From positions 4,526,001-4,590,000 of the forward strand of contig OZ059899.1 in NCBI GenBank assembly GCA_964057225.1: 64,000 bases of DNA, written 5' to 3'. This DNA comes from Auanema rhodensis. Its lineage: Eukaryota; Animalia; Nematoda. A model generated the notes under the pieces. The model was not told where the DNA came from. It was given only the letters and a program-made list of their open reading frames with translations, and did not search any database. Shown in pieces: positions 30,001 to 42,100 of the stretch (position 1 is its first letter; each line of letters starts with the position of its first letter). Position numbers and translations under genes: made by a program.

Positions 30001-33000
30001 TTTTGCTAAATTATTTTGAAATTTTTTGAAAAAATTTTTGTCAAAATGTTTTTGGAAGCAATGTTGAGTGTACATGGAAACTCAACATACACTAATGCAT
30101 CATTTTTCAAACGATCATAACTGATTTTTGTATTAAGCGTTTCTCAATGTAGTATAGTGCATTCGATGCGGATTTTTAAGCTGCGTCGATCTGTGTTATC
30201 AGATTTGCGCTAGCTTAAAAATGCACCGAGATATCAACTGATATATGTTCACACTTATATCCTCGATTTTCACCCTGAAGAATCAATTTTTTCATTGAAT
30301 AACATTGTCCATCGTCTTTGCCTTGAAAAAAGAAATCTAAAAACATCTACTTTTTGCTAAATTATTTTGAAATTTTTCGAAAAAATTTTTGTCAAAATGT
30401 TTTTGGAAGCAATGTTGAGTGTACATGGAAACTCAACATACACTAATGCATCATTTTTCAAACGATCATAACTGAATTTTGTATTAAGCGTTTCTCAATG
30501 TAGTATAGTGCATTCGATGCGGATTTTTAAGCTGCGTCGATCTGTGTTATCAGATTTGCGCTAGCTTAAAAATGCACCGAGATATCAACTGATATAAGTT
30601 CACACTTATATCCTCGATTTTCACCCTGAAGAATCAATTTTTTCGTTGAATAACATTGTCCATCGTCTTTGCCTTGAAAAAAGGAATCTAGAAGCATCTA
30701 CTTTTTGCTAAATTATTTTGAAATTTTTCGAAAAAATTTTTGTCAAAATGTTTTTGGAAGCAATGTTGAGTGTACATGGAAACTCAACATACACTAATGC
30801 ATCATTTTTCAAACGATCATAACTGATTTTTGTATTAAGCGTTTCTCAATGTAGTATAGTGCATTCGATGCGGATTTTTAAGCTGCGTCGATCTGTGTTA
30901 TCAGATTTGCGCTAGCTTAAAAATGCACCGAGATATCAACTGATATATGTTCACACTTATATCCTCGATTTTCACCCTGAAGAATCAATTTTTTCGTTGA
31001 ATAACATTGTCCATCGTCTTTGCCTTGAAAAAAGGAATCTAGAAGCATCTACTTTTTGCTAAATTATTTTGAAATTTTTCGAAAAAATTTTTGTCAAAAT
31101 GTTTTTGGAAGCAATGTTGAGTGTACATGGAAACTCAACATACACTAATGCATCATTTTTCAAACGATCATAACTGATTTTTGTATTAAGCGTTTCTCAA
31201 TGTAGTATAGTGCATTCGATGCGGATTTTTAAGCTGCGTCGATCTGTGTTATCAGATTTGCGCTAGCTTAAAAATGCACCGAGATATCAACTGATATATG
31301 TTCACACTTATATCCTCGATTTTCACCCTGAAGAATCAATTTTTTCATTGAATAACATTGTCCATCGTCTTTGCCTTGAAAAAAGAAATCTAAAAACATC
31401 TACTTTTTGCTAAATTATTTTGAAATTTTTTGAAAAAATTTTTGTCAAAATGTTTTTGGAAGCAATGTTGAGTGTACATGGAAACTCAACATACACTAAT
31501 GCATCATTTTTCAAACGATCATAACTGATTTTTGTATTAAGCGTTTCTCAATGTAGTATAGTGCATTCGATGCGGATTTTTAAGCTGCGTCGATCTGTGT
31601 TATCAGATTTGCGCTAGCTTAAAAATGCACCGAGATATCAACTGATATATGTTCACACTTATATCCTCGATTTTCACCCTGAAGAATCAATTTTTTCATT
31701 GAATAACATTGTCCATCGTCTTTGCCTTGAAAAAAGAAATCTAAAAACATCTACTTTTTGCTAAATTATTTTGAAATTTTTCGAAAAAATTTTTGTCAAA
31801 ATGTTTTTGGAAGCAATGTTGAGTGTACATGGAAACTCAACATACACTAATGCATCATTTTTCAAACGATCATAACTGAATTTTGTATTAAGCGTTTCTC
31901 AATGTAGTATAGTGCATTCGATGCGGATTTTTAAGCTGCGTCGATCTGTGTTATCAGATTTGCGCTAGCTTAAAAATGCACCGAGATATCAACTGATATA
32001 AGTTCACACTTATATCCTCGATTTTCACCCTGAAGAATCAATTTTTTCGTTGAATAACATTGTCCATCGTCTTTGCCTTGAAAAAAGGAATCTAGAAGCA
32101 TCTACTTTTTGCTAAATTATTTTGAAATTTTTCGAAAAAATTTTTGTCAAAATGTTTTTGGAAGCAATGTTGAGTGTACATGGAAACTCAACATACACTA
32201 ATGCATCATTTTTCAAACGATCATAACTGATTTTTGTATTAAGCGTTTCTCAATGTAGTATAGTGCATTCGATGCGGATTTTTAAGCTGCGTCGATCTGT
32301 GTTATCAGATTTGCGCTAGCTTAAAAATGCACCGAGATATCAACTGATATATGTTCACACTTATATCCTCGATTTTCACCCTGAAGAATCAATTTTTTCG
32401 TTGAATAACATTGTCCATCGTCTTTGCCTTGAAAAAAGGAATCTAGAAGCATCTACTTTTTGCTAAATTATTTTGAAATTTTTCGAAAAAATTTTTGTCA
32501 AAATGTTTTTGGAAGCAATGTTGAGTGTACATGGAAACTCAACATACACTAATGCATCATTTTTCAAACGATCATAACTGATTTTTGTATTAAGCGTTTC
32601 TCAATGTAGTATAGTGCATTCGATGCGGATTTTTAAGCTGCGTCGATCTGTGTTATCAGATTTGCGCTAGCTTAAAAATGCACCGAGATATCAACTGATA
32701 TATGTTCACACTTATATCCTCGATTTTCACCCTGAAGAATCAATTTTTTCATTGAATAACATTGTCCATCGTCTTTGCCTTGAAAAAAGAAATCTAAAAA
32801 CATCTACTTTTTGCTAAATTATTTTGAAATTTTTTGAAAAAATTTTTGTCAAAATGTTTTTGGAAGCAATGTTGAGTGTACATGGAAACTCAACATACAC
32901 TAATGCATCATTTTTCAAACGATCATAACTGATTTTTGTATTAAGCGTTTCTCAATGTAGTATAGTGCATTCGATGCGGATTTTTAAGCTGCGTCGATCT

Positions 33001-36000
33001 GTGTTATCAGATTTGCGCTAGCTTAAAAATGCACCGAGATATCAACTGATATATGTTCACACTTATATCCTCGATTTTCACCCTGAAGAATCAATTTTTT
33101 CATTGAATAACATTGTCCATCGTCTTTGCCTTGAAAAAAGAAATCTAAAAACATCTACTTTTTGCTAAATTATTTTGAAATTTTTCGAAAAAATTTTTGT
33201 CAAAATGTTTTTGGAAGCAATGTTGAGTGTACATGGAAACTCAACATACACTAATGCATCATTTTTCAAACGATCATAACTGATTTTTGTATTAAGCGTT
33301 TCTCAATGTAGTATAGTGCATTCCATGCGGATTTTTAAGCTGCGTCGATCTGTGTTATCAGATTTGCGCTAGCTTAAAAATGCACCGAGATATCAACTGA
33401 TATAAGTTCACACTTATATCCTCGATTTTCACCCTGAAGAATCAATTTTTTCATTGAATAACATTGTCCATCGTCTTTGCCTTGAAAAAAGAAATCTAAA
33501 AACATTTACTTTTTGCTAAATTATTTTGAAATTTTTCGAAAAAATTTTTGTCAAAATGTTTTTGGAAGCAATGTTGAGTGTACATGGAAACTCAACATAC
33601 ACTAATGCATCATTTTTCAAACGATCATAACTGATTTTTGTATCAAGCGTTTCTCAATGTAGTATAGTGCATTCGATGCGGATTTTTAAGCTGCGTCGAT
33701 CTGTGTTATCAGATTTGCGCTAGCTTAAAAATGCACCGAGATATCAACTGATATATGTTCACACTTATATCCTCGATTTTCACCCTGAAGAATTAATTTT
33801 TTCGTTGAATAACATTGTCCATCGTCTTTGCCTTGAAAAAAGGAATCTAGAAGCATCTACTTTTTGCTAAATTATTTTGAAATTTTTCGAAAAAATTTTT
33901 GTCAAAATGTTTTTGGAAGCAATGTTGAGTGTACATGGAAACTCAACATACACTAATGCATCATTTTTCAAACGATCATAACTGATTTTTGTATTAAGCG
34001 TTTCTCAATGTAGTATAGTGCATTCGATGCGGATTTTTAAGCTGCGTCGATCTGTGTTATCAGATTTGCGCTAGCTTAAAAATGCACCGAGATATCAACT
34101 GATATAAGTTCACACTTATATCCTCGATTTTCACCCTGAAGAATCAATTTTTTCATTGAATAACATTGTCCATCGTCTTTGCCTTGAAAAAAGAAATCTA
34201 AAAACATCTACTTTTTGCTAAATTATTTTGAAATTTTTCGAAAAAATTTTTGTCAAAATGTTTTTGGAAGCAATGTTGAGTGTACATGGAAACTCAACAT
34301 ACACTAATGCATCATTTTTCAAACGATCATAACTGATTTTTGTATCAAGCGTTTCTCAATGTAGTATAGTGCATTCGATGCGGATTTTTAAGCTGCGTCG
34401 ATCTGTGTTATCAGATTTGCGCTAGCTTAAAAATGCACCGAGATATCAACTGATATATGTTCACACTTATATCCTCGATTTTCACCCTGAAGAATTAATT
34501 TTTTCGTTGAATAACATTGTCCATCGTCTTTGCCTTGAAAAAAGGAATCTAGAAGCATCTACTTTTTGCTAAATTATTTTGAAATTTTTCGAAAAAATTT
34601 TTGTCAAAATGTTTTTGGAAGCAATGTTGAGTGTACATGGAAACTCAACATACACTAATGCATCATTTTTCAAACGATCATAACTGATTTTTGTATTAAG
34701 CGTTTCTCAATGTAGTATAGTGCATTCGATGCGGATTTTTAAGCTGCGTCGATCTGTGTTATCAGATTTGCGCTAGCTTAAAAATGCACCGAGATATCAA
34801 CTGATATATGTTCACACTTATATCCTCGATTTTCACCCTGAAGAATCAATTTTTTCATTGAATAACATTGTCCATCGTCTTTGCCTTGAAAAAAGAAATC
34901 TAAAAACATCTACTTTTTGCTAAATTATTTTGAAATTTTTTGAAAAAATTTTTGTCAAAATGTTTTTGGAAGCAATGTTGAGTGTACATGGAAACTCAAC
35001 ATACACTAATGCATCATTTTTCAAACGATCATAACTGATTTTTGTATTAAGCGTTTCTCAATGTAGTATAGTGCATTCGATGCGTATTTTTAAGCTGCGT
35101 CGATCTGTGTTATCAGATTTGCGCTAGCTTAAAAATGCACCGAGATATCAACTGATATATGTTCACACTTATATCCTCGATTTTCACCCTGAAGAATCAA
35201 TTTTTTCATTGAATAACATTGTCCATCGTCTTTGCCTTGAAAAAAGAAATCTAAAAACATCTACTTTTTGCTAAATTATTTTGAAATTTTTCGAAAAAAT
35301 TTTTGTCAAAATGTTTTTGGAAGCAATGTTGAGTGTACATGGAAACTCAACATACACTAATGCATCATTTTTCAAACGATCATAACTGATTTTTGTATTA
35401 AGCGTTTCTCAATGTAGTATAGTGCATTCGATGCGGATTTTTAAGCTGCGTCGATCTGTGTTATCAGATTTGCGCTAGCTTAAAAATGCACCGATATATC
35501 AACTGATATAAGTTCACACTTATATCCTCGATTTTCACCCTGAAGAATCAATTTTTTCGTTGAATAACATTGTCCATCGTCTTTGCCTTGAAAAAAGGAA
35601 TTTAGAAGCATCTACTTTTTGCTAAATTATTTTGAAATTTTTCGAAAAAAATTTTGTCAAAATGTTTTTGGAAGCAATGTTGAGTGTACATGGAAACTCA
35701 ACATACACTAATGCATCATTTTTCAAACGATCATAACTGAATTTTGTATTAAGCGTTTCTCAATGTAGTATAGTGCATTCGATGCGGATTTTTAAGCTGC
35801 GTCGATCTGTGTTATCAGATTTGCGCTAGCTTAAAAATGCACCGAGATATCAACTGATATATGTTCACACTTATATCCTCGATTTTCACCCTGAAGAATC
35901 AATTTTTTCATTGAATAACATTGTCCATCGTCTTTGCCTTGAAAAAAGAAATCTAAAAACATCTACTTTTTGCTAAATTATTTTGAAATTTTTTGAAAAA

Positions 36001-37512
36001 ATTTTTGTCAAAATGTTTTTGGAAGCAATGTTGAGTGTACATGGAAACTCAACATACACTAATGCATCATTTTTCAAACGATCATAACTGATTTTTGTAT
36101 TAAGCGTTTCTCAATGTAGTATAGTGCATTCGATGCGGATTTTTAAGCTGCGTCGATCTGTGTTATCAGATTTGCGCTAGCTTAAAAATGCACCGAGATA
36201 TCAACTGATATATGTTCACACTTATATCCTCGATTTTCACCCTGAAGAATCAATTTTTTCATTGAATAACATTGTCCATCGTCTTTGCCTTGAAAAAAGA
36301 AATCTAAAAACATCTACTTTTTGCTAAATTATTTTGAAATTTTTCGAAAAAATTTTTGTCAAAATGTTTTTGGAAGCAATGTTGAGTGTACATGGAAACT
36401 CAACATACACTAATGCATCATTTTTCAAACGATCATAACTGATTTTTGTATTAAGCGTTTCTCAATGTAGTATAGTGCATTCGATGCGGATTTTTAAGCT
36501 GCGTCGATCTGTGTTATCAGATTTGCGCTAGCTTAAAAATGCACCGAGATATCAACTGATATAAGTTCACACTTATATCCTCGATTTTCACCCTGAAGAA
36601 TCAATTTTTTCGTTGAATAACATTGTCCATCGTCTTTGCCTTGAAAAAAGGAATCTAGAAGCATCTACTTTTTGCTAAATTATTCTGAAATTTTTCGAAA
36701 AAATTTTTGTCAAAATGTTTTTGGAAGCAATGTTGAGTGTACATGGAAACTCAACATACACTAATGCATCATTTTTCAAACGATCATAACTGATTTTTGT
36801 ATTAAGCGTTTCTCAAGGTAGTATAGTGCATTCGATGCGGATTTTTAAGCTGCGTCGATCTGTGTTATCAGATTTGCGCTAGCTTAAAAATGCACCGAGA
36901 TATCAACTGATATAAGTTCACACTTATATCCTCGATTTTCACCCTGAAGAATCAATTTTTTCATTGAATAACATTGTCCATCGTCTTTGCCTTGAAAAAA
37001 GAAATCTAAAAACATCTACTTTTTGCTAAATTATTTTGAAATTTTTCGAAAAAATTTTTGTCAAAATCTTTTTGGAAGCAATGTTGAGTGTACATGGAAA
37101 CTCAACATACAGTAATGCATCATTTTTCAAACGATCATAACTGATTTTTGTATCAAGCGTTTCTCAATGTAGTATAGTGCATTCGATGCGGATTTTTAAG
37201 CTGCGTCGATCTGTGTTATCAGATTTGCGCTAGCTTAAAAATGCACCGAGATATCAACTGATATATGTTCACACTTATATCCTCGATTTTCACCCTGAAG
37301 AATTAATTTTTTCATTGAATAACATTGTCCATCGTCTTTGCCTTGAAAAAAGAAATCTAAAAACATCTACTTTTTGCTAAATTATTTTGAAATTTTTCGA
37401 AAAAATTTTTGTCAAAATGTTTTTGGAAGCAATGTTGAGTGTACATGGAAACTCAACATACACTAATGCATCATTTTTCAAACGATCATAACTGATTTTT
37501 GTATCAAGCGTT
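1..37512. repeat. 351-bp tandem satellite array, left arm (~107 monomers, open at window start)
   Basis: CGATCTGTGTTATCAG recurs at 1, 352 and so on, and is still in exact phase at 7021, 14041, 21061, 28081 and 35101 (multiples of 20x351). Monomers differ only by a handful of recurring substitutions. Confidence 0.99.
37507..37512 (+). repeat. Left target-site duplication AGCGTT
   Basis: AGCGTT immediately precedes the element and recurs at 54390-54395. A 6-bp TSD is typical of Polintons. Confidence 0.97.
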
Positions 37513-38630
37513 AGTAGAGAGCCATGCCGAATTTACTAACCACGCCCCCAAACAGTTGCTAAAAACATACTTTTGAGGGCGTCAGCTGCTAAAATCATAC
37601 TTTTGGGGGCGTCAGCTGTCAAAATCATATTTTCGGCGTCAGCTGTCAAAAATATATTTTCGGCGTCAGCTGTCAAAAATATACTTTTCCTCCCGAGGCA
37701 GGCTCTCGAGCCTGCGCATGAATCAAAATGCATGATTTTTTTTTTTAAATTATTTTTTAATGTATTATTTTAAATCAATTTTTATTATTTATATATTTGT
37801 TAATTGTATTTGTAAATATTTTTAAACTTATTTCTTTTTAAATGAATTTTTATTATTAATATATGTTTTAAATATTATTATTTAATTATTTCTTTTTAAA
37901 TGTATTTTATATATTTTTAAAATATTATTAAAATTATCTCCTTTTAAATGTATTTTTAATATATATACATTTGAATAAACTTTTTAATATATATTGTGTT
38001 TGTTTTAATTTATAAAATTTGAATATTTTTCAAAGCTAATAAATATGTTCACCGTACCTCTTATGGGTTAATTAATGGAACACATATCGAAGGTTAATTC
38101 GATAAGAACGATATGAAATACAAAAGTTAATGGAACACATATCGAAAGTTAATTCGATAAGAACGATATGAAATACAAAAGTTAATGGAACACATATCGA
38201 AGGTTAATTCGATAAGATCGTTAAAACAGGTGCACTGACCCACACAAGAACCACATGGCAAACGTTTTGTTCATAAAAATATGATAAATAGCTGTACACC
38301 ACATGTACCAAGTTGTCTAATATTTTCAAATTACATGAAAGAATAGTTTAAAGAACCTTTTTTAAAATTTTATATTAGTATATTCTAATATACTAACTCA
38401 ATAAAACACATATCGAAGGTTAATTCGATAGGATTCACAAACAATTGTGTTGTTTCCAATGGAACACATATCGAAGATTAATTCGATAAGATCGTTAAAA
38501 CAGGTGCGCTGCCCCACACATGTACCACATGGCAAAAGTTTTGTTCATAAAAATATGATAAATAGCTGTACAGCACAAGTACCCATAACGCTAAAGAATA
38601 CTTACTATGCCAAGGGGTCATGGGTATATA
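37513..38630 (+). repeat. Left terminal inverted repeat (outer ~220 bp near-perfect, inner part imperfect; inner boundary approximate)
   Basis: Matches the reverse complement of ~53597-54389: GC-rich tip, AT-rich block, GTACCTCTTATGGGTTAAT and ACCCATAACGCTAAAGAATACTTACTATGCCAAGGGGTCATG. Confidence 0.9.
37561..37680 (+). repeat. 27-30-bp tandem units with GGCGTCAGCTG core in the TIR tip (4 copies left, 3 copies right at ~54245-54340)
   Basis: Directly visible. Candidate origin or protein-binding iterons (inference). Confidence 0.9.
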
Positions 38631-38900
38631 GTTTTTTAGTATCAAAAATGTTAATGGAACACATATCGAATATCAATTCGATAAGCTTGGTGAAACAGAT
38701 ACGTTGACCTACAATGAACCAAATGGCAAAGCACTTGTTCATTAAAGTATAACAAATAGCTGTATAGCATATGCATCAAGATTTCTAATATTCTCAAATT
38801 ACATGGAAAGAAGAGTATATAGAAAAAGTTTTAGTGTGTATATTACTAATATTCTAATACCCTAACTCAAAGAACACATATCGAAGATTAATTCGATAAG
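38071..38900 (+). repeat. Seven dispersed copies of a ~35-bp dyad-containing motif (AATGGAACACATATCGAAGGTTAATTCGATAAG)
   Basis: Copies near 38071, 38126, 38183, 38401, 38457, 38651 and 38870, with two inverted copies in the right TIR (~53730-53820). Core is TATCGAA-N6-TTCGATA. Confidence 0.9.
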
Positions 38901-39132
38901 ATTGTTGAAACAGTTGCGCTGACCACAACAATACATGCGTATTTATTAACAGCGGATTGGCAACTGCCACTGTTGACAGCTGTAATATGATACAATGTTG
39001 AGTGTTGGCAACATTGTTACGTGACAATAAAACAACTGACTGTTCTTGCAATGAAGTGTAATATAAATGTGTAAAATGAAATATGGATAACTACCTCTCA
39101 GAGTTTGCATAATTTTATTCTAACAAGATACA

Positions 39133-42100
39133 ATGGCTGCTAACAGGTTGTGTTTTTTCCTATTTTTTTTTTAATTAAAATATTTATTTTCAGTTATAAG
39201 CGTGTATGTGAAGAGTTGGGGTTCGATTATGAGGAAATTTATCAACTCAGGTAATTTAACAATATTTTTAAAATATACATCTTTTTTTTTTTAGTAAGCG
39301 CATAAAACTTACCGAGAGTGGTGGTGTTGAGCTGTGTGACCCCGCAATAACCACTTCCAATAGTGGTCCCTCGTCATCAAGGGTTATTGAAGTTATCACC
39401 TTGGATGACAGCGATAATGAGTAAGCTATCATATAATGAAAAAGCATGACATTTTTTTTTTTCAGAGAATGGAATCCCGAGATGCCATCAACTAGTGGAG
39501 AACAATTAGGAGGCGGTTCATCCTTCAACGATGTTTGTCAAATAAAGGTACGAGCTTTTAACCTTTTTTTTTTTTCATGTTACAATTCTTTTCACTCTAT
39601 ATCTTTTATTTGATTACATATCTTGAGCAATTTTGAATTCTGCCATCTATTTTTAAACAAATCATCATACATTTGGTGGCTTTTTGAAAAATAAAATAAA
39701 ATCTTATCCCAAATCCATGCTATAATATCATTCATTAAATTTTTATTCATTAAAATACACTTAAATTTAAATATTTTGATGCTCAAAAACTGACACATTT
39801 AAATATTTTGTATTTTTTAAATCATTTCACTCCATCTCTTTTATTTGATTTCATATTTTAAACAATTTTAAATTTTTACCACTACTTTATAATTTTTATT
39901 TATTAAACTTTTTAATCATTAAATTACACTTAAATTTAAATATTGTGATGCTCAAAAACAGAAACATTTAAATATTTTGTTTTTTTTTTTCTAAACCATT
40001 TCACTCCATCTATATTAAACAATTTTATATTTCTACCACTATTTCATAATTTCATTTTTTAAATTTTTAATCATTAAAAAACATTTAAATTTCAATATTG
40101 TGATGCTCAAAAACTGAAACATGTAATTGATTTATATTTTCTAAGCCATTTCACTTCATCTCTTTTATTTAATCACATATCTTGAACAAATTTAAATTTC
40201 TATCACTTTTTCATAATTTCGTTTATTAAATTTTTAATCACTAAAAAACATTTAAATTTCAATATTGTGATGCTCAAAAACTGAAACATTTAAATATTTT
40301 GTATTTTCTAAACCATTTCACTTCATCTCTTTTATTTATATATATTTTAAACAATTTTATAATTCTACTATTATTTAATTTTTATTTATTAAATTTTTAA
40401 ACATTAAAAAAAAAAAAAATTGATGCTCAAAAACTGAAACATTTAAATATTTTGTATTTTTCTAATCGTTTTGAAACAAACTAAACATATATTTGAAAAC
40501 ATTTCAATTAAATAAAAAAAAATAACGACTATAACAAACAAAGAGACATAATAATTTTAAGCAAAAGATGAAACAATTCATATATATTCTTAAAACTATT
40601 TTTATTTAAACTTTTAAAAATAAAAATAAAAAAAAAGCATGTAAACTGTTATAAATGTTGTTTATTATAGTGGTCACACCGGCGCATAAAACGCACCGGT
40701 CGTTTTACCAACGTGGTCGTTCGATCGCTCACGTTCCCACACTTGGAAAATGTTGATGAACCAATGCATGTTATCATGCCGCGGTTATTCAACGAATTCC
40801 TTGATCGTTGTCTTGCTGAAAGCGGTGTGCCTGATAAGCAAAAAGCCTTATTTTGTTTATCAATTGAGCACCCTTCCTTTGAAAAGGGCTCCATATTTAT
40901 GGACTTTCGTAGAAGGGAGCATCTGGATGGCGTAGCCATTATGAATGCCATCAGCAAGGTGCAGCAATCAAAACGAGAGGCTGTGATCAGCCAGGCAATG
41001 AATATTGAGATGTATGTGTTTGATGAAAGGCCAGCGCAGCCAAGCCTGATGCCTGGTGAAGGTAGAGTCGGGTTTTATTTTGACCCCGAACTCAAAATAC
41101 CTGGAACCATTGCCAACACTGACTCACATTGTCTGGCTAGATCAGCAGTTGTGGGAATGTGGAAAGCTGACGAGTTGGCTACTGAAGATGGCGATGAGAA
41201 GCGAAGGCTGCAAAACCTTCGTCGCAATTACATCTTATTACCAAATCAGCCACACCATATCAATTTATTAAATAGGTGTGGTATTTCTGTAGATTTACCA
41301 AATTATAATTTAATTCATTTAAACATTATTGCCAGCTGTAATACAAACTATAAGTTTGTAGTATATGCTAGACCGCCTGGACAGCGTATGTACACTATCC
41401 AGAAAATATTTAATGAAGCGGCTAGCAAATTGGTAACACTAGGTTACCGAAATAATCACTATGATTGTATTACAGCTGGTAGTCGTTCGAAAATTTTTGA
41501 TGGTATTATATGTCAACACTGTAAGTTATCTTACAATACAGTGTTGCATAGATGTAACGCCAAATGTAAAAAATGCCACACCTATAATTGTAATGCGATG
41601 GGGAATGTGGTTGAGAGTAGCGTGAGGTGTGATAGTTGTAGAGTTTTGTTTAAAACTCAACAATGCTTCGATAGGCATTTGCGAAAAGCCTGCCGAAAAT
41701 TCAAGGTATTTTGTGAAAATTTAAAGTTGTACATAACAAGCTTAAATTCAGACATGTGTGGCGTGTGATCACTATCACATGGTCCGTGCTGATAGACCGC
41801 ACAATTGCAATGAAAAATTCTGCAAAAAGTGCGGTCAGACAAAGCCTGAAGAGCACTCTTGTTGTTGGGTTCCACCTAACGACAAGAAGAAGGCTCAGCT
41901 AAAAAAGAAGCAAGAAAAGTTCAAGGTTTGTATTTAACATCTTTACAAGTGTAATGCTTACTTGTTTAAGATTATATTTTATGACTTTGAAACAGTTGTG
42001 TTAAAAAACGGCACAAATGTTCATGAATATGCAGATGAACAATGGCCCAATATGGTTGTGTATAACAAATTTTGTGAAAGTTGTATAGATGCCAATACCT

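Noticed and set aside
29806-30009. 67-aa ORF in the satellite
   Set aside because: Created by a single TAG-to-TTG change in one monomer and starts at GTG. All other copies are closed, so the 351 = 117x3 length does not indicate a coding repeat.
1-37512. CRISPR array or rDNA/tRNA/5S tandem
   Set aside because: No unique spacers (whole units repeat) and no RNA gene that I can recognise in the monomer.
37536-37773. Two repetitive ORFs in the left TIR
   Set aside because: By-products of 27-30-bp repeats in the non-coding terminus.
39083-39112. Upstream ATG (MDNYLSEFA*) as pPolB start
   Set aside because: It stops after 9 codons, and joining it would need an implausible ~25-nt intron; at most a uORF.
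38447-39798. Short track ORFs 38447+, 38854-, 39268- and 39592-
   Set aside because: They lie in sub-terminal repeats, antisense to predicted pPolB exons, or in the AT-rich intron; no motifs.
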